Made by a program: the position numbers and the translations under genes. This document shows, piece after piece, positions 1-10,239 of a DNA stretch of 59,442 nucleotides (its first letter is position 1; each line of letters begins with the position of its first letter). The stretch is from Octopus bimaculoides (Eukaryota), in NCBI RefSeq assembly GCF_001194135.2, contig NC_068991.1:70317136-70376577 (forward strand), read 5' to 3'. The notes under the pieces are model-generated. The model was not told the DNA's origin and did not search any database. It saw only the letters and a list, made by a program, of their open reading frames with translations.

Positions 1-1
1 T

Positions 2-33
<32 letters not shown>

Positions 34-49
34 GTATAAGTATATGTAT

Positions 50-420
50 AGGTTCAGACGTGGATGTGTGGTGAGAAGTTTGCTCTCCAGCTCCATGGTT
101 CAGTCCCACTTCGTGGCAACTTGATCAAGTGTCTTTTACAATAGCCTCGGCACGACCAATGAGATGAAATCTGAAAGAACCTGTCGTACGTGTATGTAAG
201 CGCGCGCGTGTGTGTGTATGAGTCTTTTGTGTCAGTCTTATCGACCACCATTGCTAGAGTATTGGTGTTGGTGTGTTTCCTCCCCCATCAATTAGCGGTT
301 TGGCAAAAGAGAACGATTAAGAAAAGTATTGGTATCGAATCGTTCGGCTGAAACTCTTCAAAGAGGTACTCCAGCGTGGCCGCAATCTCATCATTGAAAT
401 TCAGAAAAAGATGAAAGAAA
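50..420 (+). mobile_element. SINE family A, old/degenerate near-full-length copy
   Basis: Degenerate tRNA-like head (gtggatgtgtgg...ggttcagtccc), short internal (TG) tract and 3' part (ttagcggtttggcaaaagaga...ctccagcgtggccgca), all alignable by eye to the copy at 41753-42165. Confidence 0.8.
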
Positions 421-446
421 AACCTTTATGTATGTATATTTTTTTA

Positions 447-816
447 ATTCTTTTACTTGTTTCAGTCATTTGATTTCGGTCATGCTGGAACACCGCCTTT
501 AATTGAAGAAATCAACCCCGTGAGTTATTCTCTGTAAGCCTAGTTTACCTATTCTATGTTACGGGGACATAAACACACCAACATCGGTTGTTAAGCGATG
601 CTGGGAGTAGAAACACAGACACACAAACATTTAAATATATATACACGTATATTTGACGGGCTTCTTTCAGTTTCCCTCTAACAAATCCACTCGCAAGGCT
701 TTGGTCGGCCTGAGGCTATATTAGAATACATTTGGCCAAAGTTCCACGCAGTGGGACTGAGCCCGGAACCATGTGGTTGGGAAACAAGCTTCGTACCACA
801 CAGCCACACCTGCACC
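447..816 (-). mobile_element. SINE family A, full-length
   Basis: Reverse complement of the family A head (ccacacagccacacctgcacc), body (gacgggcttctttcagtttcc) and tail (cttttacttgtttcagtcatttga). Confidence 0.9.
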
Positions 817-828
817 CAACACACACAC

Positions 829-829
<1 letters not shown>

Positions 830-901
<72 letters not shown>

Positions 902-1010
902 TACACATATATATATATATACATATATACATAGACACACACATATATATATATATATGTATATGCATTTATATATACATACATCTAAGTGTGTGTGTGT
1001 GCGTATGCAT
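830..1010. repeat. (TA)n/(CA)n compound microsatellite, representative of dozens of TA, CA, TATG, TCTA, ATT and CT arrays across the window
   Basis: Directly visible. Source of the IYIY/HTHT/VCVC ORFs in the track. Confidence 0.98.
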
Positions 1011-2218
1011 ATATTCTTGTACAGGTATGTAAGTCTATATGCAATTATATCCTTGTATATACATAAAAAATGTATGTGTGAGTATGCGCGTGTGTTGATA
1101 AGATATTGTCTTTCATACATGCTGACATACGGCAATTATTATTGGATTTTCTCTCACACTGTGAACCAGTGCTAGGGTCAAGGGCCGTAATTGGATATTT
1201 AATATAATTTATCACTATGACATGATGGAAACCCATTTATATAAAATATTTCGATTTTGTATTTATTTGACAAGTTTCTTGTTAAACTGCATGCTGAAAC
1301 AGAGGCAGTTTTGTCTTGGTAAGATCATCTTATCAGTGTCCGTGTTTTTTATTGTCAGTATGACACACGCTTCGCAAAATATTAAGCAAATAGTTTGTAT
1401 TTTCGATTACAGAATATTCCAGAATTTTAAAGACCCTCGTTTAGTTCTCAATGTGTTAGTACGTGTTCTAATGTATGATATTTTTGATTTTTAGTTACGC
1501 CAAAGTTTCTGAAAAGAAAAATCAAAGTGTTTCAACTCTGTCTGAGTATAAGTGTGTATGTGTGTGCATGTACAAGGGAAGTATGTGAATGTATGTATCT
1601 GTGAACCAGCATTCTCTCACTAACAAACGATGATCGATGTCTAATCTCAAAAGACAACCACCAGATAACATTGACAAGTGTATTAGATTTACCATTCATA
1701 TTTATATATAAAATACTACATTTAGCCGTCATTTTTGACGGCACGTGGCCACCTAGTTCTTTATAAACCTCATACGTAACAACACATCGAGTTCCAAGTG
1801 AGGTAGGCGGACTAGCAGTCACTGTGTTTTTGGTAATTTCACCTTCTCAGTTGCAAGTATTACTTCAGTCATTTGAGGCTAAGCCACATTTTTTATACGT
1901 AAAGATAAGAAACAGAAAAAAAATATATTTTTGGTGTATGCTGGGACTTGCCAAGCAAGAATTTAGTATACACCCGCCATGTATAATTTTTCAAATTTTT
2001 ATTATTTTTTTTATCTGTATATAAAAACAAATTTTCCGACTTAAACGCAAATAAATGAAGCCACTGAAAACAAAACGCTGTATCTGTTAACCCTCTGACG
2101 ATACTTGGAGCTCGGCTCAATGTCATTTTACACAAAAAGTGTTTAGAGGAAAAAGAAAAAAATTCGAGACGAAATCCTACAGCGAATTACTTTCTAGTCT
2201 ACAGATGATCGTTAATAT

Positions 2219-3090
2219 NNNNNNNNNNNNNNNNNNNNNNNNNNNNNNNNNNNNNNNNNNNNNNNNNNNNNNNNNNNNNNNNNNNNNNNNNNNNNNNNNN
2301 NNNNNNNNNNNNNNNNNNNNNNNNNNNNNNNNNNNNNNNNNNNNNNNNNNNNNNNNNNNNNNNNNNNNNNNNNNNNNNNNNNNNNNNNNNNNNNNNNNNN
2401 NNNNNNNNNNNNNNNNNNNNNNNNNNNNNNNNNNNNNNNNNNNNNNNNNNNNNNNNNNNNNNNNNNNNNNNNNNNNNNNNNNNNNNNNNNNNNNNNNNNN
2501 NNNNNNNNNNNNNNNNNNNNNNNNNNNNNNNNNNNNNNNNNNNNNNNNNNNNNNNNNNNNNNNNNNNNNNNNNNNNNNNNNNNNNNNNNNNNNNNNNNNN
2601 NNNNNNNNNNNNNNNNNNNNNNNNNNNNNNNNNNNNNNNNNNNNNNNNNNNNNNNNNNNNNNNNNNNNNNNNNNNNNNNNNNNNNNNNNNNNNNNNNNNN
2701 NNNNNNNNNNNNNNNNNNNNNNNNNNNNNNNNNNNNNNNNNNNNNNNNNNNNNNNNNNNNNNNNNNNNNNNNNNNNNNNNNNNNNNNNNNNNNNNNNNNN
2801 NNNNNNNNNNNNNNNNNNNNNNNNNNNNNNNNNNNNNNNNNNNNNNNNNNNNNNNNNNNNNNNNNNNNNNNNNNNNNNNNNNNNNNNNNNNNNNNNNNNN
2901 NNNNNNNNNNNNNNNNNNNNNNNNNNNNNNNNNNNNNNNNNNNNNNNNNNNNNNNNNNNNNNNNNNNNNNNNNNNNNNNNNNNNNNNNNNNNNNNNNNNN
3001 NNNNNNNNNNNNNNNNNNNNNNNNNNNNNNNNNNNNNNNNNNNNNNNNNNNNNNNNNNNNNNNNNNNNNNNNNNNNNNNNNNNNNNNNNN
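2219..3090. other. Assembly gap (first of 18 N-runs)
   Basis: Other gaps at approximately 5393-5844, 6936-7029, 12371-12634, 13787-14003, 17626-18361, 20398-20698, 24816-25205, 29133-29643, 31788-32601, 36384-36421, 43262-43325, 43923-44449, 45367-45642, 47860-47869, 50498-50736, 53705-54453, 55879-56091. Confidence 0.99.
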
Positions 3091-3286
3091 GGAAGGTGAG
3101 GTCGACGTAGGGGAGGAGGTCGACGAGGAGGGGAGATCGACGAGGGGCAGGAGGAGAGGATGGGTAGGAGGTGGGAAAGAGGAGGGGAGGAGAGGGAAGT
3201 CGGCGAGGAGGAGTGTTGATGAGGAGGTGGAAGAGGAGGAGATTGATGTACAGAATGATGACGGTTATTATTATCATCTTCCTTAT

Positions 3287-3465
3287 TTTGGCAAAATGCT
3301 TCACGTTCTGAGTTCAAATTCCGCCGAGGTCGACTTTGCGTTTTATCCTTTCGGGGTCGAACAAATTAAGTATCAGTTGAGTGCTTAGGGTCGATGTAAT
3401 CGACATATCCCCTCCCCCCGAAATTGCAGGCCTTGTGCCAAAATTTGAAACCAGTATTATTATCG
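3287..3465 (+). mobile_element. SINE family B, 5'-truncated
   Basis: gagttcaaattccgccgaggtcgactttgc...atcctttcggggtcga...ggccttgtgccaaaatttgaaacc + (ATT)n, matching the other B copies. Confidence 0.9.
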
Positions 3466-3468
3466 TTA

Positions 3469-3881
3469 GGCAAGGCCTTATACTTTGGTCAAGGCCTCAT
3501 TGAATTTTTCAGGTTTCACCTGAAAAGGAAAGTGAGGCTGGAGAGGGAGGTACTCTCACCCAGTAAGTTCGTTGAAAGGTGAGTGAATGTGTCAAGAGTG
3601 GACCTTCTCTAAGTGTTTACCTGTAGGCCGTATGGAATGGAGAAGAGAGAGTGCCTTCCTGAGGAGCCGTTGGTGTTCAGGGGTCCAAAGTGTGTGAGCT
3701 CTCTTTGATCACCTTACGGTAGAACTCAGCCTTTTGGAGAAGTATATTGTTGATTTAATCTCTGTTAATCGTTGTCTTTGTTGGCTGTTTACACGTTTAA
3801 CCTCATTGTCCCTGGTCTGTGTATCGTCCTCTATGTTTTGTGTTCGGCCCTGGTGGACAAGTGGACAATAAAGAAAGTATG

Positions 3882-3885
<4 letters not shown>
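3469..3885 (+). mobile_element. L1/Tx1-like LINE 3' end (ORF2 C-terminus plus 3' UTR)
   Basis: Frame from 3469 reads GKALYFGQGLIEFFRFHLKRKVRLEREVLSPSKFVER*VNVSRV, resembling the Tx1-type ORF2 C-terminus (F..RW, with W mutated to TGA). Ends in caataaagaaa + (ATT)n. Clade assigned from memory. Confidence 0.65.
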
Positions 3886-3949
<64 letters not shown>

Positions 3950-3968
3950 CATCATCATCATTATTATT

Positions 3969-4526
3969 GAGTGAGAGAGTAGTGCATGCCATTAAAGTGA
4001 CACTGGGGTAGAATATACGAAGCCCATTATACCCATCATGGTTACCTGTCTGATAAGGGTACACCAGGCACGTGCATCACAACCATATGAGCACGACATG
4101 GTGATCTCATATCAAGATAAACAGCGCATGACCTCGCAGATGGAGCCCAGTTAGAACTTTCTTCAGGTCGAGGAGCCCATCCCGCTCAAAAGGTCCCTGA
4201 ATAAGGTTTGTTTAAGGATGTTGAGTAAAACACCCATGTTTCCAAAAGTGAATTATTCAAACTCCAAAGAATTCCTCTCAACACATGACTATGATGTTCC
4301 CCCACTACCTCTGCTCGTGATCAGAGATGCACATATCGTCAGCCACCAAGGGACATGCTCAACTGGTTAAGGTCAAACAACTGACAAACAAATCTGTGGT
4401 ATTAAGCAGAATATTTGCTGTAGCCCATCTTTTACACCAAGACAAACCAATGTACATGATAACACTTCCAATCAATTAAGATTAGAAAGCATGAGAACCA
4501 CTGCCTGGTACTGCATCCGGGTATTT
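3969..4526 (-). mobile_element. Interspersed repeat family D, ~560 bp retroposon-like 3' segment with (AAT)n tail
   Basis: Clearly homologous second copy at 37641-38093. Both end ...cactc-aataataat on the minus strand. Confidence 0.85.
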
Positions 4527-4548
4527 ATCATCATCTTCATCATCATCA

Positions 4549-4652
<104 letters not shown>

Positions 4653-5007
4653 ATTATGATATAGAGGAGGACGAGAAAGACAATAAAGAAGAGGAATGCT
4701 AAGGAGTGATTGGAAGATGTGTAGAACGAGAAGGATAGTTGTGATGGCGGCGGCGGTTGTGGAAGTTGTTGAACTTGAAGAGATGGCTAAATTGCTAAAC
4801 CTGAAAAAGAGACGTTGACAACCAGACTGACTATAACAATATCGATGATGACGATGTCGTTGTTGTTGATGTTGGTGTCGGGATCGGTGATGCTTAAAAG
4901 TGTGATAAGACTGATGACGAACAGCTGAGTGTGGAATTTCCCCTCGCTCAGTAGGAAAAAAATTTCAGCTTTAACTCCATTCAAAATGACGGCTAATTGT
5001 TAATGGT

Positions 5008-5234
5008 ATTCTTTCTGTTTCTTTATTGCCCTCTAAACATAGAGGGGACAAACAAACAGAGGGATTAAATCGATTACATCGACTCCAGTGCGTAACTGGT
5101 ACTTAATTTATCGACCCCAAAAGGATGAAAAGCAAAGTCGACTCGGCGGAATTTGAACTCAGAACGTAGCGACAGACGAAATACTGCTTAGCATTTCGCC
5201 CGGCGTGCTAACGATTCTGCCAGCTCGCCGCCTT
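5008..5234 (-). mobile_element. SINE family B with alternative Tx1-like 3' tail
   Basis: Intact B head (aaggcggcgagctggcagaatcgttagcacgccgggcgaaatgc) and core. Its 3' end cctctatgtttagagggcaataaagaaa differs from the usual B tail. Confidence 0.9.
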
Positions 5235-5962
5235 CGTGGTATAGTTTCTAATGTTGTATTGAAGACGCAGATCAGACCGATATTCGAATGCATTCAATCT
5301 TTAACCATCATTTACTTTGTTTTTATTATTTTTTGTTCTTTTTCGAAAACCGTCATGTATGAGTTTTTACCTATTATTTCTAGCTGTTATCTNNNNNNNN
5401 NNNNNNNNNNNNNNNNNNNNNNNNNNNNNNNNNNNNNNNNNNNNNNNNNNNNNNNNNNNNNNNNNNNNNNNNNNNNNNNNNNNNNNNNNNNNNNNNNNNN
5501 NNNNNNNNNNNNNNNNNNNNNNNNNNNNNNNNNNNNNNNNNNNNNNNNNNNNNNNNNNNNNNNNNNNNNNNNNNNNNNNNNNNNNNNNNNNNNNNNNNNN
5601 NNNNNNNNNNNNNNNNNNNNNNNNNNNNNNNNNNNNNNNNNNNNNNNNNNNNNNNNNNNNNNNNNNNNNNNNNNNNNNNNNNNNNNNNNNNNNNNNNNNN
5701 NNNNNNNNNNNNNNNNNNNNNNNNNNNNNNNNNNNNNNNNNNNNNNNNNNNNNNNNNNNNNNNNNNNNNNNNNNNNNNNNNNNNNNNNNNNNNNNNNNNN
5801 NNNNNNNNNNNNNNNNNNNNNNNNNNNNNNNNNNNNNNNNNNNNTATGTATGTATGTATGTGTGGATGTATGTACGTATGTATGACCGTGTATGTATACA
5901 CGTACGAATGTATGTACTTATGTATGTATGTATGTATCTATGTATCTATCTATCTATCTATG

Positions 5963-5995
<33 letters not shown>

Positions 5996-6400
5996 GTATG
6001 TGTGTGCGTACGTGTGTATTTGTACACACTAGTGCCGGTATGTGCAAAATGAAATTTGATAGTCAATGTCTTACGTATGATCTAAAACATTCCACATTCT
6101 GTATCTCAGTTGTTTTCAATCCATGATTGATTATCTTAACCTCATCACAGAGAAAATATTTGAAGCAAAAATCTGCGAAAAAAGAAAAGATTACATTCGT
6201 TGCTCGCCAAATGTTATATTTTGTCCACTTCAAAGCAAGGTGTCTGTTCTACAGCTGTTCAACAGATTGTGAGACGTTTGTGACAGCGTAAATTTTAAGG
6301 CTGGATATAGTACATACGTAAATATGTATGTGTGTGTTTGTGTTTGCGCGTCTATGTATGCGTGTGTGTGTGTGTGTGTATGTGCATATATCTGTATAAC

Positions 6401-6436
<36 letters not shown>

Positions 6437-6439
<3 letters not shown>

Positions 6440-6635
6440 TGTGTGTATGTGTTCCTCCACCCACCAACATCACTTGACAAGCTATGGTGGTGTGTTTACG
6501 TCCCCGTAATCTAGCGGTTCAGCAAAAAAGACAGATAGAATAACTCCTGTGGTCGATTTGCTCGACTAAAAGCGGTGCTCCAGCATGGCTGCAGTCAAAT
6601 GACTGAAACAAGTAAAAGAATAAAAGAATAAAAGA
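6437..6635 (+). mobile_element. SINE family A, 3' half preceded by (TG)n
   Basis: gtgtttacgtccccgtaatctagcgg...ggtgctccagcatggctgcagtcaaatgactgaaacaagtaaaagaataaaagaa. Confidence 0.9.
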
Positions 6636-6823
6636 ACGTACTCAATGCATGGATTGTCATTGTTATGGCGGCTTGCGAGCTAATATATATACATATGTAT
6701 GTATGTATGTGTGTGTGTGTGTATGTACATATATATAAATATATATAGATATAAAATCTATATGTATAAATATATAGATATATATATAAATATAAATATA
6801 TGCATATATATAAATATATATAT

Positions 6824-6854
<31 letters not shown>

Positions 6855-7029
6855 TTTATATATGTATTTGCATTTATGTATGTATATATTTATGCATATA
6901 TATGTGTGAGTATATGATGGGTATACATATATATANNNNNNNNNNNNNNNNNNNNNNNNNNNNNNNNNNNNNNNNNNNNNNNNNNNNNNNNNNNNNNNNN
7001 NNNNNNNNNNNNNNNNNNNNNNNNNNNNN

Positions 7030-7069
<40 letters not shown>

Positions 7070-8019
7070 AGAAAGAAAGAAACAGAGAAAGAAAGAAAGA
7101 AAGAAAGAAAGGTCGCAAGCCAGGAGTGCAATTCTTTTTGGTGATATTTTAGGTAGAGTTTCTTTTACATCAAAATATATTGAATTACTTCAAATTCTTT
7201 CCAGAAATATCGCTTCTATAAGCAACCTAAGCTTCCAGTCAAAATTACGTTCACAAACTTCGTAAATTTTATCTTTGGCTATGAAAAACACGTTGGCATA
7301 TCAAGGTCTCCGACCTCTCTTAGTAGCACTCGCTTCGTATTCTTGACTAAAATTTGGTGTGTTTTTCTTTGTTGTTCTCGTTTTATTTATTATTATTTAT
7401 TATTTTTTTTTTTGTATGTGAGACGAAACTACAGAGAATTGAAATCAAGTAAGTAATAAACAGATAATATTTCTACATATGTAGAACAAAACAAAAAATA
7501 TTAGGTCTTAGTTTCAGGTAAACCAGCTCTACTAATATATAACTATGATTTGTAATCTGGGTGCTAATTCGCTAATTTTTGTATGAAGTACGAAGTCGAT
7601 TTTATCAAAATCAGTATACGACTAGTAGAGTATTCTGGTTATTTTTCACATGCTGTAAAACCATGTTGAACCTGCTACTGCAACTGTGGTATAAGTATAA
7701 ACAGAAAACTTCCAGCTATTTCTATATATATATAACACGACTTGAAGCTGACTTAATCTTTGTTTCTGTGTGAGTATTATTAGGTTTCCAAACAAATTAC
7801 GTCCAGATTATAAAGCATGATTTTTCAAGAACAGATTTAGCAAAGCGAAAATTTAATATCATAGGTGGATGGATAGGCAGAACTTATTTACCGCATCGAG
7901 AGTATTCGCTGCTGGACATAAATGACTTCTTATTTTATCAACTTCACAAAACTGAAGACAAAGTTGATCAGGCAGGTATTGAGCTCATACAATAAAGTAA
8001 TGTGACCGAATGGCTCAGA

Positions 8020-8620
8020 TTTTAACCTTTATCTTTTGCTTATTTCAGCCATTTGTGGAGGTGTGTGGCTTAGTGGTTAGGGTGTCAGCATCATGATTGT
8101 AAGATCGTAGTTTCGATTCCTAGACCGGGTGACGCGTTGTGTTCTTGAGCAAAGCACTTCATTTCATGTTGTTCCAGTCCACTCAACTGGCAAAAATGAG
8201 TAACGCTGCGATGGACTGGTGTCCCGTCCAACTGGGAACACATACGCCATTGAAACCGGGAAACCGGGCCCATGAGCCTGGCTAGGCTTTAAAAGGGCGC
8301 CTGCGATGGACTGGCGTCCCGTCCGTCTGGATGGGCAGCGGGGGGGGGGTGAACACATACGCCATAGAAACCGGGAAACCGGGCCCATGAGCCTAGCTAG
8401 GCTTTAAAAGGGCGCATAAATAAATAAATAAATATTTCAGCCATTAGACTGCGGCCATGCTAGAGTATAACTTTGAAGGGATTTACTCGAACAAATTGAC
8501 ATCACTATTTATTTTGTAAGTCTGGTCAATGTTTACTGTCCTGTAATTCTACAGGTCTTTTTTTTACCGAACCTGTAAGTTACGGAGAAGTAAACAAACC
8601 AGTACCCATTATCTAGTAGT
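8020..8620 (-). mobile_element. Old family A 3' half, interrupted by a family E SINE
   Basis: tttcagccatt|agactgcggccatgctagag...ccgaacctgtaagttacggagaagtaaacaaaccag is continuous once 8054-8445 is removed. Confidence 0.7.
8054..8432 (+). mobile_element. SINE family E (tRNA head plus CORE-like central domain) with 13-bp TSD and duplicated 3' end
   Basis: A box tggcttagtgg, B-box-like gtttcgattcc, CORE-like gttcttgagcaaagcacttcatttc...ccactcaactg...aaatgagta, (TAAA)n tail. TSD tatttcagccatt at 8041-8053 and 8433-8445. Confidence 0.9.
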
Positions 8621-8703
8621 AGGGGTAACAACTACAGACACGGCGACGAAATTATTCCAAAGTTCTACAGTGTGTGCTGTCTACTGTTTTTGCTGATAAA
8701 ACA

Positions 8704-9660
8704 GGGGAGGGAGTTAGTTGACCACATCGATCCACATCGATCCCAATAACTGACTTTATTTTATCGGCCATAGACGAATATAAAGCAAAGTTAACCTTGG
8801 CGTGGTTTGAACTCAGATTGGGAAGAGTCGGATGAAATGTCTGTGAGGATTAGTGATTGCAACGAAGCTGATACTTCACTAGTGCCTTATCTTAAGAACC
8901 TAAGAAAAATTAATGGTAAAGTTGAACTAAACTGGATCTAAGCTCAGTACACCAAAAATCAGAATGAATTACGCAAAGCATTTTTTCTGACGCTCTACCG
9001 ATCCTACCAGCTCAACATCTTTCTTGTAGATATAATAATCCTTTCTGCTATAGGCACAAATCCTGAAATTTTGTGGGATGAAACTTGTCGATTATAGCAA
9101 TCCCAGTACTTAACTGGTTCTTATTTGCCCAGATGGATGAAAAGTAAGGTCCACTTCGGCAGAATATGCAGATGTAATAATCCCTTATAGTGTAGGTACA
9201 AGACTTGAAATTTGGGGGAAAGGATTAAGTCGATTACATCGACACCAGTGTTTATCTGGTACTTATTTTATCGACTGCGAAAGGATGAAAGGCAAAGTCG
9301 TCCTTAGCGGAATTTGAACTCAGGACGTGAAGACAGACGAAATACTACTAAGCGTTTCGCTCGAGGTGCTAACGATTCTGCTAGCTCGCAGCCTTATAGG
9401 TAGCTGTAGTAATAGCTGCTAATTTAATGGGTTCTAATTTAGATACAAGGGCAGTAATGTTTAGAACCCGAATCAGTCCAAACCAGTGACCTAAGCTTTT
9501 TATTGGTACTTTATTTTATTGACCTTGAAAGATAAAAGACAAAGATGACCCGAAAGAATTTGAACTCTAAGCGTTAAAGAGCTGGAACGAGAAAAACAAA
9601 AGATAAACTTCATTTTATTTTTGTTTCCTGACGTTGTGACAATTCTGCTAACTCGGCCAC
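8704..9660 (-). mobile_element. Cluster of about five family B copies or fragments, all on the minus strand
   Basis: Recurring gatgaaaggcaaagtc.../tttgaactcag.../ctgccagctcgcc motifs at ~8704-8880, 8900-9015, 9034-9160, 9176-9395 (best preserved) and 9435-9660. Confidence 0.75.
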
Positions 9661-9838
9661 TTCCAGGAAACTAGAAATAATAGTGAATAAAATAACAGCG
9701 TTAAAATCGATATATGTTTGTATTGAACAGTCATCCACACGATTGAACTCAATCGATCACAGACATTTTAGTATTATCGAATATAAAGTGACAGAAGGTT
9801 ACTAATTGAACCAGTTATTCTATTAGTCCGGATGCAGA

Positions 9839-10239
9839 GTGGAGGCGCAATGGCCCAGTGGTTAAGGCAGCGGACTCGCGGTCGTAGGATTGCGGTTTCG
9901 ATTCGCAGACCGGGCGTTGGGAGTGTTTATTGAGCGAAAACACCTAAAGCCCCATGTGGCTCCAGCAGGGGATGGTGGCGAACCCTGCTGTATTCTTTCA
10001 CCACAACTTTCTCTCATTCTTACTTCCTGTTTCTGTTGTGCCTGTAATTCAAAGGGTCAGCCTTGTCACACTCTGTGTCACGCTGAATATCTCCGAGAAC
10101 TACGTTAAGGGTACTCGTGTCTGTGGAGTGCTCAGCCACTTGCACGTTAATTTCACGAGCAGGCTGTTCCGTTGATCAACTGGAACCCTCGACGTCGTAA
10201 GCGACGGAGTGCCAACAACAACAACAACAACAACAACAA
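9839..10239 (+). mobile_element. SINE family C, full-length, (CAA)n tail, 11-bp TSD
   Basis: tRNA-like head tggcccagtggttaaggcagcggactcgcgg...gtttcgattc. TSD ccggatgcaga at 9828-9838 and 10240-10250. Homologues at 34786 and 56092. Confidence 0.95.

Noticed and set aside
678-1175. ORFs of IYIY/VCVC/HTHT type here and throughout the track, including X-containing ORFs
   Set aside because: They are translations of dinucleotide microsatellites, SINEs or N-gaps and are open in several frames on both strands.
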